This document shows positions 38,358 to 48,291 of a stretch of 64,000 nt of DNA, one piece after another. How positions within the stretch are numbered: the first letter of the stretch is position 1; each line of letters begins with the position of its first letter. Made by a program: the position numbers and the translations under genes. Location of the stretch: the NCBI GenBank assembly GCA_963775425.1, contig CAVZJB010000011.1, positions 1-64,000 on the forward strand. Reading direction: 5' to 3'. The DNA comes from an uncultured delta proteobacterium. GTDB taxonomy: Bacteria > Myxococcota > UBA727 > VGSZ01. Under the pieces are notes generated by a model, which saw only the letters and a program-made list of their open reading frames with translations, had not been told where the DNA came from and did no database searches.

Positions 38358-38897
38358 TCACTGCGGCGTGCGCGCGAACTTGCGCAGCAGCTCGACGAAG
38401 CGCTCGGGCTCGAAGACCTGAAAGCTGCAGGCGCCGAAGCGCACCTGCGTGCCGTGCTCGAGCGGGCGCTCGTCGTTGTGGGCGAGGCGATTGCCGTTGA
38501 TGCTGGTGCCGTTGGAGGAGCCGGCGTCGCTCAAGTACAGCTTTCCGTCGTCCGTGCGGCGAATGCGGGCGTGGAGCTTGCTCACGCTGGAGTGGGCGAC
38601 GCAGACGTCGTTGGTGCGCGATCGTCCCACCAGGATGGTGGAGGCCCAGGGACCCGCCTGTTGCTTCTTGAGCACGTACACGACGTAGGTGTCGTCGAGC
38701 ACCGCCTCGATTTCGCCGCGCGCGTCGCGCACGGTGCGCGCCGACAAGGTGCGGAAGCTCCACTCGTTTTCTTCGCTGGAGGGCGGCGGTCCTACGAGCA
38801 CCCACGCGCCGAGCTCCTTGGTGAGGGCGGACGGGTCCGACGTCGCTCGGCCCACGAGCGGGCCCACCGTCAAAGGGGTCGAACCAGCGAGCACCAT
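38358..38897 (-). CDS. FHA domain protein
   Basis: VGRSRTND, SVSKLHA, DAGSSNGT. Confidence 0.88.
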   Translation of the reverse strand: MVLAGSTPLTVGPLVGRATSDPSALTKELGAWVLVGPPPSSEENEWSFRTLSARTVRDARGEIEAVLDDTYVVYVLKKQQAGPWASTILVGRSRTNDVCVAHSSVSKLHARIRRTDDGKLYLSDAGSSNGTSINGNRLAHNDERPLEHGTQVRFGACSFQVFEPERFVELLRKFARTPQ

Positions 38898-38936
38898 CGC
38901 GCGCACTGTATCAGTGTCCGGTGCTAGGCTGCCTCC

Positions 38937-39578
38937 ATGGCACGCCTCCTTCTGCTCGCCGTCGCCGCCGCCATCCTCCCGCTCGCCTGGTCCACCGCCG
39001 CAGTCGCTCAGGCCGCCGAAGGTGAAGGCGAGGGAGAAGGCGAAGGCGAGGGCGAGGGAGAAGGCGAAGGCGAGGGAGAAGGCGAAGGAGAGGGAGAAGG
39101 AGAGGGAGAAGGAGAAGGCGAAGGAGAGGGCGAAGGAGAGGGCGAAGGCGAGGGAGAGGGAGAGGGAGAGGGAGAGGGCGAAGGCGAAGGCGAAGGTGAA
39201 GGCGAAGGCGAAGGCGAAGGTGACATCGGCGAAGGCGAAGGCGAAGGCGAAGGCGAAGGCGAAGGCGAAGGCGAAGGAGAAGGAGAAGGAGAAGGCGAGG
39301 GCGACATCGGCGGCGAGGGCGAGGGCGACTGCGTGCCCGGCTGCTCCGACGACCACAACGAGATCGTGTGCAACAGCTCCAACACGCCGCTCACGCTGCC
39401 CTGCGGCGAGGGCGAGACCTGCAACCCGGGCATCGGCAGTTGCACGCCGCTCGACGACACGCCCGCGGGTGGCTGCAACTGCGCCAACGCACCCGAGGCC
39501 ACGGTGGGGACATTCGCGCTCGCGGGCCTGCTGTTCGCGCTGCGTCGCCGGCGCCGTCGCGCCGACGGGCGGGAGTGA
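38937..39578 (+). CDS. Secreted (Gly-Glu)n protein with MYXO-CTERM anchor
   Basis: Signal peptide, about 100 aa GE tract, Cys-rich module, GGCNC...hydrophobic...RRRRR. Confidence 0.8.
   Translation: MARLLLLAVAAAILPLAWSTAAVAQAAEGEGEGEGEGEGEGEGEGEGEGEGEGEGEGEGEGEGEGEGEGEGEGEGEGEGEGEGEGEGEGEGEGEGDIGEGEGEGEGEGEGEGEGEGEGEGEGDIGGEGEGDCVPGCSDDHNEIVCNSSNTPLTLPCGEGETCNPGIGSCTPLDDTPAGGCNCANAPEATVGTFALAGLLFALRRRRRRADGRE
39018..39326 (+). repeat. Hexanucleotide GGNGAR repeat encoding (GE)n
   Basis: Directly visible, with synonymous variation between units. Confidence 0.95.
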
Positions 39579-39581
39579 ACC

Positions 39582-40871
39582 GTGACCGGCGTGCGGCGCG
39601 TCCTGCTCCTCGATGACGAGCCCGCGGTGCTCGGCGTGCTCGCGGACTATCTCGTCGCGCCAGGCATCGAGATCATCACGTGCCGGGAGATCGAGGCGGC
39701 CGAGGCCATCCTCGAGCACCACCGCTTCGACGTCGTCGTCACCGATCTCCGCGTGTCCGAGCTCGGCGGCCTCGAGGGCATCCGCCTCATCCGCTACGTC
39801 TCCACGCACTTTCCGGAGACCACCGTCCTCGCCATGAGCGGCTACGTCAACGACGACGTCCACGCCCTCGGCCGCGCGGTGGGCGCCGTCGCCGTGCTCG
39901 AAAAGCCCATCGATCTGCGGCGGCTGCGCCGCTACGTGCACGGCGAGCAGGGGCTGCCGCCCGCGGAGGGCGAGGGCAGCGTCAGCGAGGTGGACCTCCT
40001 CGACGACTTCCTCGCCACCGGCGCCATTCGCGCGGTGCTGCAACCCATCGTCGACGTCGCCAGCGCGGGGACCGGCGGAAACGGTCCGTTCATCGCGCAC
40101 GGCTACGAGAGCCTTGCGCGCGCGCCCAAGACCAGCCCGCTCAGAAACCCCGAGATCCTCTTTGCCTATGCGTCGCGCAAGGAGCGCCTCTTCGAGACCG
40201 ATCTGCTGTGCATCAAGGCGGCGCTCTCCGAGGGCAAGAAGCTCGGCCTGCGCGGGGCCAAGCTGTTCATCAACTCGCAGCCACGGTCGCTGACGAGCCC
40301 CGAGTTCGCCCCGGTGGTCGCCGACCTCGTCGCCGCCGCGGGATTCAAGAACAACGACATCGTCTTCGAGCTCACCGAGCAGCAGACCATCGTGAACCCC
40401 AAGGCGTTCGCGGACACGCTCGGCAAGCTGCGCGCACAGGGCTTCCAGTGCGCCCTCGACGACTACGGCGTCGGCTTCGCCAACCTCCGCCTGGTCCAGG
40501 ACCTGCGGCCCGAGTATCTCAAGCTCTCCGGCTACTTCTGCCGCGACATCCACCTCGACCCGTTCAAGCAGCTCATCGTTCGCTCCACCGGCGATATGTG
40601 CCGCCTGCTCGGCATCCCCGTCATCCTCGAGAGCGTCGAGACCGCCGAGGAGCTCGAGGTGGTGAAGTCCCTCGGCATCCAGTACGGGCAGGGCTACTAC
40701 TTCGCGCGCCCGGCGCCCGCCGACGACTTCCTCGTCGGCGAGCGCTTCCACTGGGGCGACCCGCCCGCCTCCGGCGCCACCGCGAACGCGAACGCGGAGG
40801 CGGAGGCGGAGTCTCCGGAAGAGTCGGCTGAAAAAAAAAGTGACCACCCCATAGCCCCCGGCGCCGAATGA
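39582..40871 (+). CDS. Response regulator with EAL phosphodiesterase domain
   Basis: LLDDE/TDL/EKP receiver; ESLAR, FELTE, DDYGVG, ESVE, QGYY. Confidence 0.9.
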   Translation: MTGVRRVLLLDDEPAVLGVLADYLVAPGIEIITCREIEAAEAILEHHRFDVVVTDLRVSELGGLEGIRLIRYVSTHFPETTVLAMSGYVNDDVHALGRAVGAVAVLEKPIDLRRLRRYVHGEQGLPPAEGEGSVSEVDLLDDFLATGAIRAVLQPIVDVASAGTGGNGPFIAHGYESLARAPKTSPLRNPEILFAYASRKERLFETDLLCIKAALSEGKKLGLRGAKLFINSQPRSLTSPEFAPVVADLVAAAGFKNNDIVFELTEQQTIVNPKAFADTLGKLRAQGFQCALDDYGVGFANLRLVQDLRPEYLKLSGYFCRDIHLDPFKQLIVRSTGDMCRLLGIPVILESVETAEELEVVKSLGIQYGQGYYFARPAPADDFLVGERFHWGDPPASGATANANAEAEAESPEESAEKKSDHPIAPGAE

Positions 40872-40899
40872 TTCCGGCCGGCGCCGCCCCCCACCAGCG

Positions 40900-42216
40900 A
40901 TGACCGTCGACGAGGCCGCGCGCAAGGAGCGGCGTGCCCGCGTCGCCGCCGACGCCGCCTTCTGGGACCTCGAGGCCGCCCTCGTCCTCCGGCGCGACGC
41001 GCGGGACGCCGGAGCGGCGCTCGACAAGGCCCTCGCGCGGCCGGCGCTCGCCGCCGCCGACAAGAGCGCGTTCGCCGCGCGCCGCGCGCAGCTCGACGCG
41101 GCGCTCGGCGCCGGCGACCGCGACGCGGCCCTGCGCGGCTACGCCGAGGAGCACGGGATCGGCGGCGCGCGCCTGTGGACGACGTCGTCGGGGACGCGCA
41201 TCTACCGCGTGGTGACCGAGAGCTTCCCGCGCCACGTGAACTACGTGTACTTCCTCGACCTCGGCGACACGCGCGTGATGTGGGACTGCGGCAGCGGCCT
41301 GCACCGCGCGCGCGCCATGATCCTCGACGGCATGAAGCTGCTCGAGCCCGCCTTCGGCGCGCGGCTCGAGCCGGACGACGTCGACGTCCTGCTGGTGAGC
41401 CATGGCCACTACGACCACTTCGGCGACGCAAAGTGGTGGAAGCAGGCGACGGGCGCGCCGCTGTGGATCCACGAGCTCGACGCGCGCGTCCTCGAGAACT
41501 TCGCGGAGCGCACGGTGCTCACCGGGCGCGACATGGCCGTGTGGCTCGCCTCTGCCGGTTGCTCCGACGACGAGGTGCGCGAGCTCGTGGGCATGTACCT
41601 CGCGTCCAAGGAGATGTTCTCGTCGGTGCCCGTGGATCGCCGGCTGCGCCATCGCCAGACGCTGTTCGGCGGCCGCGCCCGGGTCATCCACACGCCCGGG
41701 CACTGTCCCGGTCACGCGTGCTTGCGCATCGACGACGTCCTCCTCGTCGCCGATCAGGTGCTCTCGCCCATCACGCCGCACCTGAGCCCCCAGGCGCTCA
41801 ACCCGCACAACGGCCTCGACCGCTACATCACCGGGCTCGGCCGCCTCATCCTCGAGTCGGGCGTGGTGCACACGCTGCCGGCGCACTACGACCCCATCCT
41901 CGACCTGCGCGCGCGGATCCGCGAGATCGCCGAGGACCACGTCGAGAAGCTGCGCCAGACGCGCGCCGCGTGTGGCCGGGGGGCCACCGTCGCCGACGTG
42001 TCCACCGCCCTCTTCGGCAAGCAGGAGGGTTACAACGTGCTGCTCGCGCTCCTCGAAGCGGGCACGCACGTGGAGTACCTGCACCAGCTCGGCGCCCTCG
42101 CCGTCAGCGACCTCGAGGCGCTCGTCGAAGAGCCTCGCCTGCCGTTTCGCTACGTCGCCACCGACGTCCCCCACGACGACGACGCGCCGTTCGGCGTGGT
42201 CCTCGGCGGCGGTTGA
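40900..42216 (+). CDS. MBL-fold metallo-hydrolase
   Basis: SHGHYDHFG, HTPGH, ADQ, PAH. Confidence 0.88.
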   Translation: MTVDEAARKERRARVAADAAFWDLEAALVLRRDARDAGAALDKALARPALAAADKSAFAARRAQLDAALGAGDRDAALRGYAEEHGIGGARLWTTSSGTRIYRVVTESFPRHVNYVYFLDLGDTRVMWDCGSGLHRARAMILDGMKLLEPAFGARLEPDDVDVLLVSHGHYDHFGDAKWWKQATGAPLWIHELDARVLENFAERTVLTGRDMAVWLASAGCSDDEVRELVGMYLASKEMFSSVPVDRRLRHRQTLFGGRARVIHTPGHCPGHACLRIDDVLLVADQVLSPITPHLSPQALNPHNGLDRYITGLGRLILESGVVHTLPAHYDPILDLRARIREIAEDHVEKLRQTRAACGRGATVADVSTALFGKQEGYNVLLALLEAGTHVEYLHQLGALAVSDLEALVEEPRLPFRYVATDVPHDDDAPFGVVLGGG

Positions 42217-42231
42217 TCGGCGCGCCGCCCG

Positions 42232-43437
42232 TCAGAGCTTGAGCTGCGCCTGGGTGCGGACGCGGACGTCGGGGACGTTGTCGACGAGCACGGTCCCCGC
42301 TTCGACGCCCCACTCCACCTGGCGGCCGAAGAGGAGCACCAGGGCGTTCACCAGCACCTCCTGCCCGGTGGTGCCGTCCTGCTGGAAGAGCCCCGCGTAG
42401 CGCACGCCGACGTGGACGCGATCCATCAACAGGACGCCGGCCTGCACGTGGCCCCCGAACGCCGCGAAGTCCTGCCCGGCCTTCGCGGGATCGGCCTGCG
42501 CCGCGGACGCGTAGAGCGCGCCGCTGACGTCGAAGTGCTCGGCCTTGGCGATGGCGTCGACGTCGATGTCGGTGGCGCCGGCGCCGTTGCCGGCGATGTC
42601 GACGGCCTCGACGGCGCTGACGCCGATGCCGAGGCGGAAGGGGCCGCCGTCGTCGTCGATCTCGTCGTAGCCCTTGACCTTGCCGAGGTTGAAGCCGACG
42701 CGGCCGGCGAAGGTCGGCGTGAAGAGCTTCTGGAAGTTGCTGACCTTCACGTTCTCCAGGTGATCGCCCTTGTCGGGGTCCGTGACGACGTCGCCGGTGA
42801 TCCTGGGCTTGTCGGTGGCGCCCGAGAACACGCCGGCGGCCCACTCGAACGGCGGTGACTTCTGGTAGCCGTCCTGCACGGCGACGCCGATGTCTCTGCC
42901 GCTGGCGAAAGCGGCGTCGGTGATGGCGCGGTCGAAGAACGCCAACTTCCACGCGGGGGTCATGAACTGGCGGCTGAAGGGGAGCTTCCACTGGCCGGCG
43001 CGCACGGTGACGAGGTCGTTGAACCTCTCCTGCAGGTATGCGTCGCGGATGAACACGTTGCCCTGGCCGAATTCGGTGTGGAGCTTGAAGCCGAGATCGC
43101 GGTCGAGGATGGAGCCCGACAGCGTGATCTGCGCGCGCTGCACGAGGAAGCTCGCCTTCCAGGTCTTCACGTCGGGGTCGGCAGCGACGAGGGCGAAGCG
43201 CGGCTGCACCAGCCCGCGGATCACGAGCTTGTCGTCGCCATCGGGCGATCGGATGAAGAAGCCGCGCTGGTAGCCCGCGAGCGCCGACGGGGGCGGTGCC
43301 GACGGGGGCGGCGCCGACGGGGGCGGCGCCGACGGGGGCGGCGCCGACGGGCGCGGCGCCGGCGCCGACGCAGGGGTGTCGGTCGGAGGGGGGTCGGACG
43401 AAAGCGCGAGTGTGGCGACGACAAAGAGGAACATCAT
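42232..43437 (-). CDS. OprO/OprP-like anion-selective porin
   Basis: GYQRGFFIRS, FLVQRAQI, IRDAY, GQWKLPFS, GRDIG, terminal beta strand. Confidence 0.8.
   Translation of the reverse strand: MMFLFVVATLALSSDPPPTDTPASAPAPRPSAPPPSAPPPSAPPPSAPPPSALAGYQRGFFIRSPDGDDKLVIRGLVQPRFALVAADPDVKTWKASFLVQRAQITLSGSILDRDLGFKLHTEFGQGNVFIRDAYLQERFNDLVTVRAGQWKLPFSRQFMTPAWKLAFFDRAITDAAFASGRDIGVAVQDGYQKSPPFEWAAGVFSGATDKPRITGDVVTDPDKGDHLENVKVSNFQKLFTPTFAGRVGFNLGKVKGYDEIDDDGGPFRLGIGVSAVEAVDIAGNGAGATDIDVDAIAKAEHFDVSGALYASAAQADPAKAGQDFAAFGGHVQAGVLLMDRVHVGVRYAGLFQQDGTTGQEVLVNALVLLFGRQVEWGVEAGTVLVDNVPDVRVRTQAQLKL
43283..43357 (-). repeat. Five 15-bp tandem repeats encoding an SAPPP linker
   Basis: GCCGACGGGGGCGGC units. 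Confidence 0.9.
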
Positions 43438-43606
43438 GGTGACTCCGCACCTCGCTTATCGGGGCAGTCCACGACGACGTTCAACAAAACGGGCACCGGT
43501 CGCGGAAAAATCATGGCGTGGCCACGCGCGTGCCACGACGGTGACACGAGGCCCCTTCGACGCGCGCGCTACGATTGGACCCGATCGATCGAGAGGAAGA
43601 GCAGGA

Positions 43607-44644
43607 ATGTCACGGAAAGGAACGAGGGCGCTGTCGTCGAGGATCGCCGTGTGTACCGTCGCCGTCGTCGCCGCGGCGGGGTGCCCGAAGTCCACCGCAC
43701 CGAGCGACAGGCCGACGGTCGACAAGGCCGCCCCCGACAAGCAACCCGTGAGCGTGCTCTACGCCGGGTCTCTCGTAAGCCTCATGGAGAAGGATCTCGG
43801 GCCGGCGTTCGAGAGGGCCACGGGGTACCCCTTCCGCGGCGAGGGCAGGGGATCCACCGCGCTCGCCAACATGATCAACGAGAAGCTGCGCACCCCCGAC
43901 GTCTTCATCAGCGCTTCGTCCAAGGTGAACGAAAGGCTGATGGGCACGGATAACGGGAACATGGTCTCGTGGTACGCCGTGGTGTTCGGGAACGAGATGG
44001 TCCTCGCCTACAGCGAAAAGAGCGCCTTCGCCCCCAGGTTGGCGCAGGTGAAGGCGGGGTCCACCCCGTTTTACGAGGTCCTCCAGTTGCCCGGTCTCAA
44101 GCTTGGCCGCACGGATCCGGCCCTCGACCCGAAGGGCTATCGCACCCTCCTGCTCTTCGACCTCGCGTCGGGCTTCTACCGGCAGCCCGGGCTGCGCCAG
44201 AAGCTCCTCGGCGCCGATGACAACCCCGCCCAGGTGTTCCCCGAGGAGCAGCTCGTCGCGCGCCTCGACACGGGACAGATCGACGCCGGGATCTTCTATC
44301 GGAACGAGGCCGCCGAGCGCGGGTTGCCGTACGCGACGCTCCCCAGGGAGATCAACCTCTCGGATCCCGCCATGAGCGATCGCTATGAGAAGGCGACGTG
44401 GACAGACGCCAAGGGAAAGACCCTCCGGGGGAGCGCCATCGTGTACACGGTGACGATCCCCTCGACCGCCAAGAACACCGCGGGCGCCGAGGCCTTCGTG
44501 CGCTTCATGCTCTCCGCCGACGGCAGGAAGCTCCTCGACAGCCACGGCCTGCCGCCGGTGGCGCCGGCGGTGAAGGGCGACCCCGCAGCCGTCCCGGCGT
44601 CGCTCAGGCCCGTGGTCGGCGTCAGCGCAGCGGTGTCGCCGTGA
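43607..44644 (+). CDS. Molybdate/tungstate ABC substrate-binding lipoprotein (WtpA/ModA type)
   Basis: YAGSL, GRGS, DVFISA, RTDPALDPKGYRT, INLSDP, IVYTVTIP. Confidence 0.85.
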   Translation: MSRKGTRALSSRIAVCTVAVVAAAGCPKSTAPSDRPTVDKAAPDKQPVSVLYAGSLVSLMEKDLGPAFERATGYPFRGEGRGSTALANMINEKLRTPDVFISASSKVNERLMGTDNGNMVSWYAVVFGNEMVLAYSEKSAFAPRLAQVKAGSTPFYEVLQLPGLKLGRTDPALDPKGYRTLLLFDLASGFYRQPGLRQKLLGADDNPAQVFPEEQLVARLDTGQIDAGIFYRNEAAERGLPYATLPREINLSDPAMSDRYEKATWTDAKGKTLRGSAIVYTVTIPSTAKNTAGAEAFVRFMLSADGRKLLDSHGLPPVAPAVKGDPAAVPASLRPVVGVSAAVSP

Positions 44645-46599
44645 GCCCTCAGAGAGCCCCTCGCATCTTCCTCCTCCTCGGCGGGCTGCTGCTCGTCGTC
44701 GTGTCCTTGCCGCTGGTGGCCTTCGTGCCGCGGCTGTCCTCCGGTGGCATGGCCGCGGTCGCCGACCCCGACGTCGTCGGGGCGCTCCTCGTCTCCGTCG
44801 AGACCTCCACCATCGCCGTCGCGCTGCTGGTGCTCTTCGGGGTGCCCCTCGCCTACCTCCTCGCGCGGCGCTCGTCCCCGTGGACCGGCCTCGTCAACGT
44901 CGTCGTACAGCTCCCGCTCGCGGTGCCGCCGGTGGTGTCGGGCATCCTGTTGTTGATCGCCTTCGGCCCCTACACCGCCATCGGCAGCTTCCTCGCCGGC
45001 CACGGGGCGTCGCTCACCGAGGCGCGGCCGGCCATCGTGCTCGCCCAGGTGTTCGTCGCCTGTCCGTTCCTCGTCGTCGCCGCGCGCTCGGCGTTCGCGT
45101 CCGTCGACCCCACCCTCGAGCAGGTCGCGTCCACGCTCGGCAAGTCGCCGGCGCAGATCTTCCTGCACGTCGCGCTGCCGCTGGCGTGGCCGGGCATCCG
45201 CGCCGCCGTGGCGCTCGCGTGGGTGCGCGCCCTCGGCGAGTTCGGCGCCACCGCCGTCGTCGCCTACCACCCCCACACGCTGTCGGTGCTCACCTGGGTG
45301 CGCTTCTCAGGTTCCGGGCTCGACGCCACCTTGCCCGTCGTGTGCGTTCAGCTCGCCGTCGGCGCCGGCGGCCTGGCGCTCTCGCTCGTGGCTTCCCGGC
45401 GCTTCCGCCGCGCGCGCCGCGCCGTCGACGAGCTCCGCCCCGCGAGCGGCCGTGTTCGCTTGTCGTTCGACGGCGGCCGCGACGCCGCGGTGTCCAAGAA
45501 GAACCGCCGCCCGGGCCCCTCGCTCGAGGTGGAGGTGGCGGCGCGCGCCGGCTCGTTCGATCTCGACGTGTGCTTCGCTGCGCAGAGCCGCCGCCTGGCC
45601 ATCCTCGGCCCGTCGGGCTCGGGGAAGAGCCTGCTCCTGAAGTCGCTCGCCGGCCTGTCGCGCCCCGCGCGCGGGCGCATCCGCGTCTCCGGCCGCCCGC
45701 TCTTCGACGCCGACGAGCACATCTTCATCGACGCGCGGGAGCGGCGCGTGGGCTGGGTGCCGCAGGGCTTCGGGCTCTTCCCGCACATGACCGTCGCGGA
45801 GAACGTGCTGTTCCCCGTCGGCAACGACCCCGCGGACGAGCGGCGCGCGCGCGATCTGCTCGACGCGTTCGGCCTCGGCCGCCACGCCGACCGCTTCGCG
45901 GAGAACCTCTCGTTCGGAGAGCAACAGCGCGCGGCGCTCGCCCGCGCGCTCATGCTCGAGCCCGATCTGCTGTTGCTCGACGAGCCGTTCGCGTCCATCG
46001 ACGCGCCCATGCGCCTGAAGCTTCGCCGCGAGCTCGCGCGCCTGCTGCGCACCATGGACCTGCCCATCGTGCTCGTCACGCACGACCCGCACGAGGCCTA
46101 CGAGCTCGCCGAGGAGATCGTCGTCGTCGCCGGCGGCCGCGTCCTGCAGCACGGGCGGCGGGAAGAGGTCTTGAAGAGGCCCGCGTCGGCGCAGGTGGCG
46201 GAGCTCGTCGGCATGCGCAACGTGTTCAGCGGGACCGTGCTGTCGTCGGACGCGGAGGGCACCCTCGTCGACTACCAGGGCCGCGCGCTGGCGGGGCCGC
46301 CGTCGGGCCTCGAGGTGGGCGCGGCCGTGTCGTTCTCCGTGATGCCGCACGAGATCCGCGTGGTGCCGGCGGCCGAGCAGCCGCCCGCGGGCAACGGCGT
46401 CGTCCTCGACGCCACGCTCGAGGCGGTGTGGCCGCGCGGCGCGCGGGTGCACCTCGTGGCCTCCGTGGAGGGCGCGGCGCGCCGCGACTTCTGGGAGGTC
46501 GAGGAGCGCGAGGACCGCGGCGTGCGCGGGCTCGTCGAGGGCGACCGCGTCGCCCTCGTGATCCCGCAGAGCGCCCTGCGCATCCTGCCCTGCGCCTGA
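44641..46599 (+). CDS. Fused molybdate/tungstate ABC permease and ATPase (ModBC-like) with TOBE
   Basis: LPLAVPPVVSG, RALGEFGAT, GPSGSGKS, LSFGEQQR, LLLDEPF, VTHD. Confidence 0.88.
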   Translation: MSPQRAPRIFLLLGGLLLVVVSLPLVAFVPRLSSGGMAAVADPDVVGALLVSVETSTIAVALLVLFGVPLAYLLARRSSPWTGLVNVVVQLPLAVPPVVSGILLLIAFGPYTAIGSFLAGHGASLTEARPAIVLAQVFVACPFLVVAARSAFASVDPTLEQVASTLGKSPAQIFLHVALPLAWPGIRAAVALAWVRALGEFGATAVVAYHPHTLSVLTWVRFSGSGLDATLPVVCVQLAVGAGGLALSLVASRRFRRARRAVDELRPASGRVRLSFDGGRDAAVSKKNRRPGPSLEVEVAARAGSFDLDVCFAAQSRRLAILGPSGSGKSLLLKSLAGLSRPARGRIRVSGRPLFDADEHIFIDARERRVGWVPQGFGLFPHMTVAENVLFPVGNDPADERRARDLLDAFGLGRHADRFAENLSFGEQQRAALARALMLEPDLLLLDEPFASIDAPMRLKLRRELARLLRTMDLPIVLVTHDPHEAYELAEEIVVVAGGRVLQHGRREEVLKRPASAQVAELVGMRNVFSGTVLSSDAEGTLVDYQGRALAGPPSGLEVGAAVSFSVMPHEIRVVPAAEQPPAGNGVVLDATLEAVWPRGARVHLVASVEGAARRDFWEVEEREDRGVRGLVEGDRVALVIPQSALRILPCA

Positions 46600-46666
46600 C
46601 GAGGCGGGGGACATGCCCCCGCCGTACGGCCCGGACGAGGCGGGGGACGAGCCCCCGCCCTACGGC
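46598..46666. repeat. Two tandem REP-like hairpins (36-bp period)
   Basis: GGCGGGGG-N5-CCCCCGCC followed by GTAC or CTAC, between convergent genes. Confidence 0.7.
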
Positions 46667-47016
46667 GCGGCGCGCCGGCCTTCGTCGGTGCGGCGCATGG
46701 CCTCGAGGAGCAGGCCGGCGGTGGAGCAGGCGACGGTGCGCGCCGGCGTCACGGCGAAGGACACGCAGAAGCGACCGGCGCGCAACGCGCACATCGAAAA
46801 GAACGCGTCGCTGCCGCTGAGCGCCCCGAAGCGCGCGTGCACGACGGCGCCGCGCTCGACGAAGAGCACGCCCGCCGCGCCGTCGCTCGTCGCGAGGTCC
46901 ACGCGTGCGGTGCGCCGCGACATCTCCAGCGCCTGCACCAGCTCCACCACGCCCATCCACGAGAGGTTCCCGCTCACCCCCGGCTCTTCCCCCACCTCGA
47001 CGCCCCTTGTGTCCAT
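46660..47016 (-). CDS. DUF4388 (PatA_N) domain protein
   Basis: SGNLSWMGVVELVQALEMSRRT...GSDAFF...LLLEAMRR. Confidence 0.85.
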   Translation of the reverse strand: MDTRGVEVGEEPGVSGNLSWMGVVELVQALEMSRRTARVDLATSDGAAGVLFVERGAVVHARFGALSGSDAFFSMCALRAGRFCVSFAVTPARTVACSTAGLLLEAMRRTDEGRRAAP

Positions 47017-47160
47017 GCTCGCCCCCTGCGCCCAGCGCGCGCGCCGAGCGTTGCGAGCGGCGTGCCGCCACAGCGGGGCGGCGCGGCGGCGCGGGGCGCC
47101 GCAGCGCTTGCAGCCCAGCGCCACCGTCGTCGTCGCGCGCTGCAAAAAGCGCCTCGGCGA

Positions 47161-48213
47161 TCAACGACCGGAGGGAGCGGCCGCGCTGATCACGCGCGGA
47201 TGGGCGTCGAAGAACTTCCAGATCTCGTCGTCCGCGACGTAGTCCTGCGCGACCACGCCGACGACGCCCTTGGCCTCGTACTGCCACCCACCCGGCCACG
47301 TGTGGCCCGCGCCCTCGGTCTTGAGGAGCACGACGTCGCCGCCGTCGAGGCAGCCGCCGTGGGTCTCGCGCGTGGTGGTCGTGCCGTCGTCGACGGCGTC
47401 GTCGAGCGGCTCGGTGACGACGTCACCGAGGCAACCGTTCCGGTCGGCCCAGCCGTTCACGGTCTCCTCGACGCCGATCTTGATGCCCCCGTCATCCTGC
47501 AAGCACGCCCCGTCGCCCTGCTCGAAGTTCCAGCACGGGTCGGCGGTGCCGTGGATCTCGAGGATCGGCACCGGCCGCGTGTTGTTGCACCCCTGCACGA
47601 GGGCCACCTGCGTGCCCGCCGCCACAGGCGCCACCGCGGCGAAGCGCGTGGAGCGCTCGCACGCGAGCCGCTCGGCCATGGCGCCCCCGTTGCTGATGCC
47701 CGTGGCGTACACGCGGTCCTCGTCGACGACGACGGCGCGTTCGATCTCGTCGAACACGGCGTCGAGGTACCTCATGTCGTCGACGGCGTCCTTGCACGCG
47801 GCGCCGGAGACGCACTGGAAACCGCCGCTGCCGCCGCCCGCGTTCCAGGTGCGCACGTCCTCGAACGGGTCGCCGGGGACGCCGTTGGGCGCCACCACCG
47901 CGAAGCCCTCGCGGTCGGCGACGGCGGTGATGCAGCTCGGGTCGTTTTCGTCGCCGTCCTTGCAGGTGACCCTGAGGGCGCTCTCGTTGTGGGCGCCGCC
48001 GCCGTGCAGCGCGATCACCACGGGGATGGCCGTCTCGCCGTCGTAGCCGGGCGGCAGGTGCAGGAGGTAGCTCCGCTTGTCGAAGTGGGGGACGAGGAAT
48101 TCCCCGTCGATCTTGCCCGTGAGCGCGTCCGGACCGCCTTTGTCCGGCGCACGGTCTACGGCGCAGCCGAGCGACATCAGGAGCGACGCGGCGAGGGCGC
48201 AGAGGGGGCGCAT
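47161..48213 (-). CDS. PHB depolymerase/LpqP-family esterase lipoprotein
   Basis: ALHGGG, WNAG, GISNGG, HGTAD, GHTWPG. Confidence 0.87.
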   Translation of the reverse strand: MRPLCALAASLLMSLGCAVDRAPDKGGPDALTGKIDGEFLVPHFDKRSYLLHLPPGYDGETAIPVVIALHGGGAHNESALRVTCKDGDENDPSCITAVADREGFAVVAPNGVPGDPFEDVRTWNAGGGSGGFQCVSGAACKDAVDDMRYLDAVFDEIERAVVVDEDRVYATGISNGGAMAERLACERSTRFAAVAPVAAGTQVALVQGCNNTRPVPILEIHGTADPCWNFEQGDGACLQDDGGIKIGVEETVNGWADRNGCLGDVVTEPLDDAVDDGTTTTRETHGGCLDGGDVVLLKTEGAGHTWPGGWQYEAKGVVGVVAQDYVADDEIWKFFDAHPRVISAAAPSGR

Positions 48214-48291
48214 CGGTGAACATTGACCCGGCCGGGCGCGCGGGTGGAAATGCCGATCCGCCGGGTGACACAATGGCCCACGGAGGTCCTC

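Noticed and set aside
38689-39585. (KA/ER)n, (SP)n and (FA)n ORFs over the hexamer repeat
   Set aside because: Alternative frames. Only the GE frame has a signal peptide and sorting signal.
43438-43606. Moco/Wco riboswitch or ModE box upstream of the transporter
   Set aside because: No recognisable consensus by eye. An Rfam scan would be needed.
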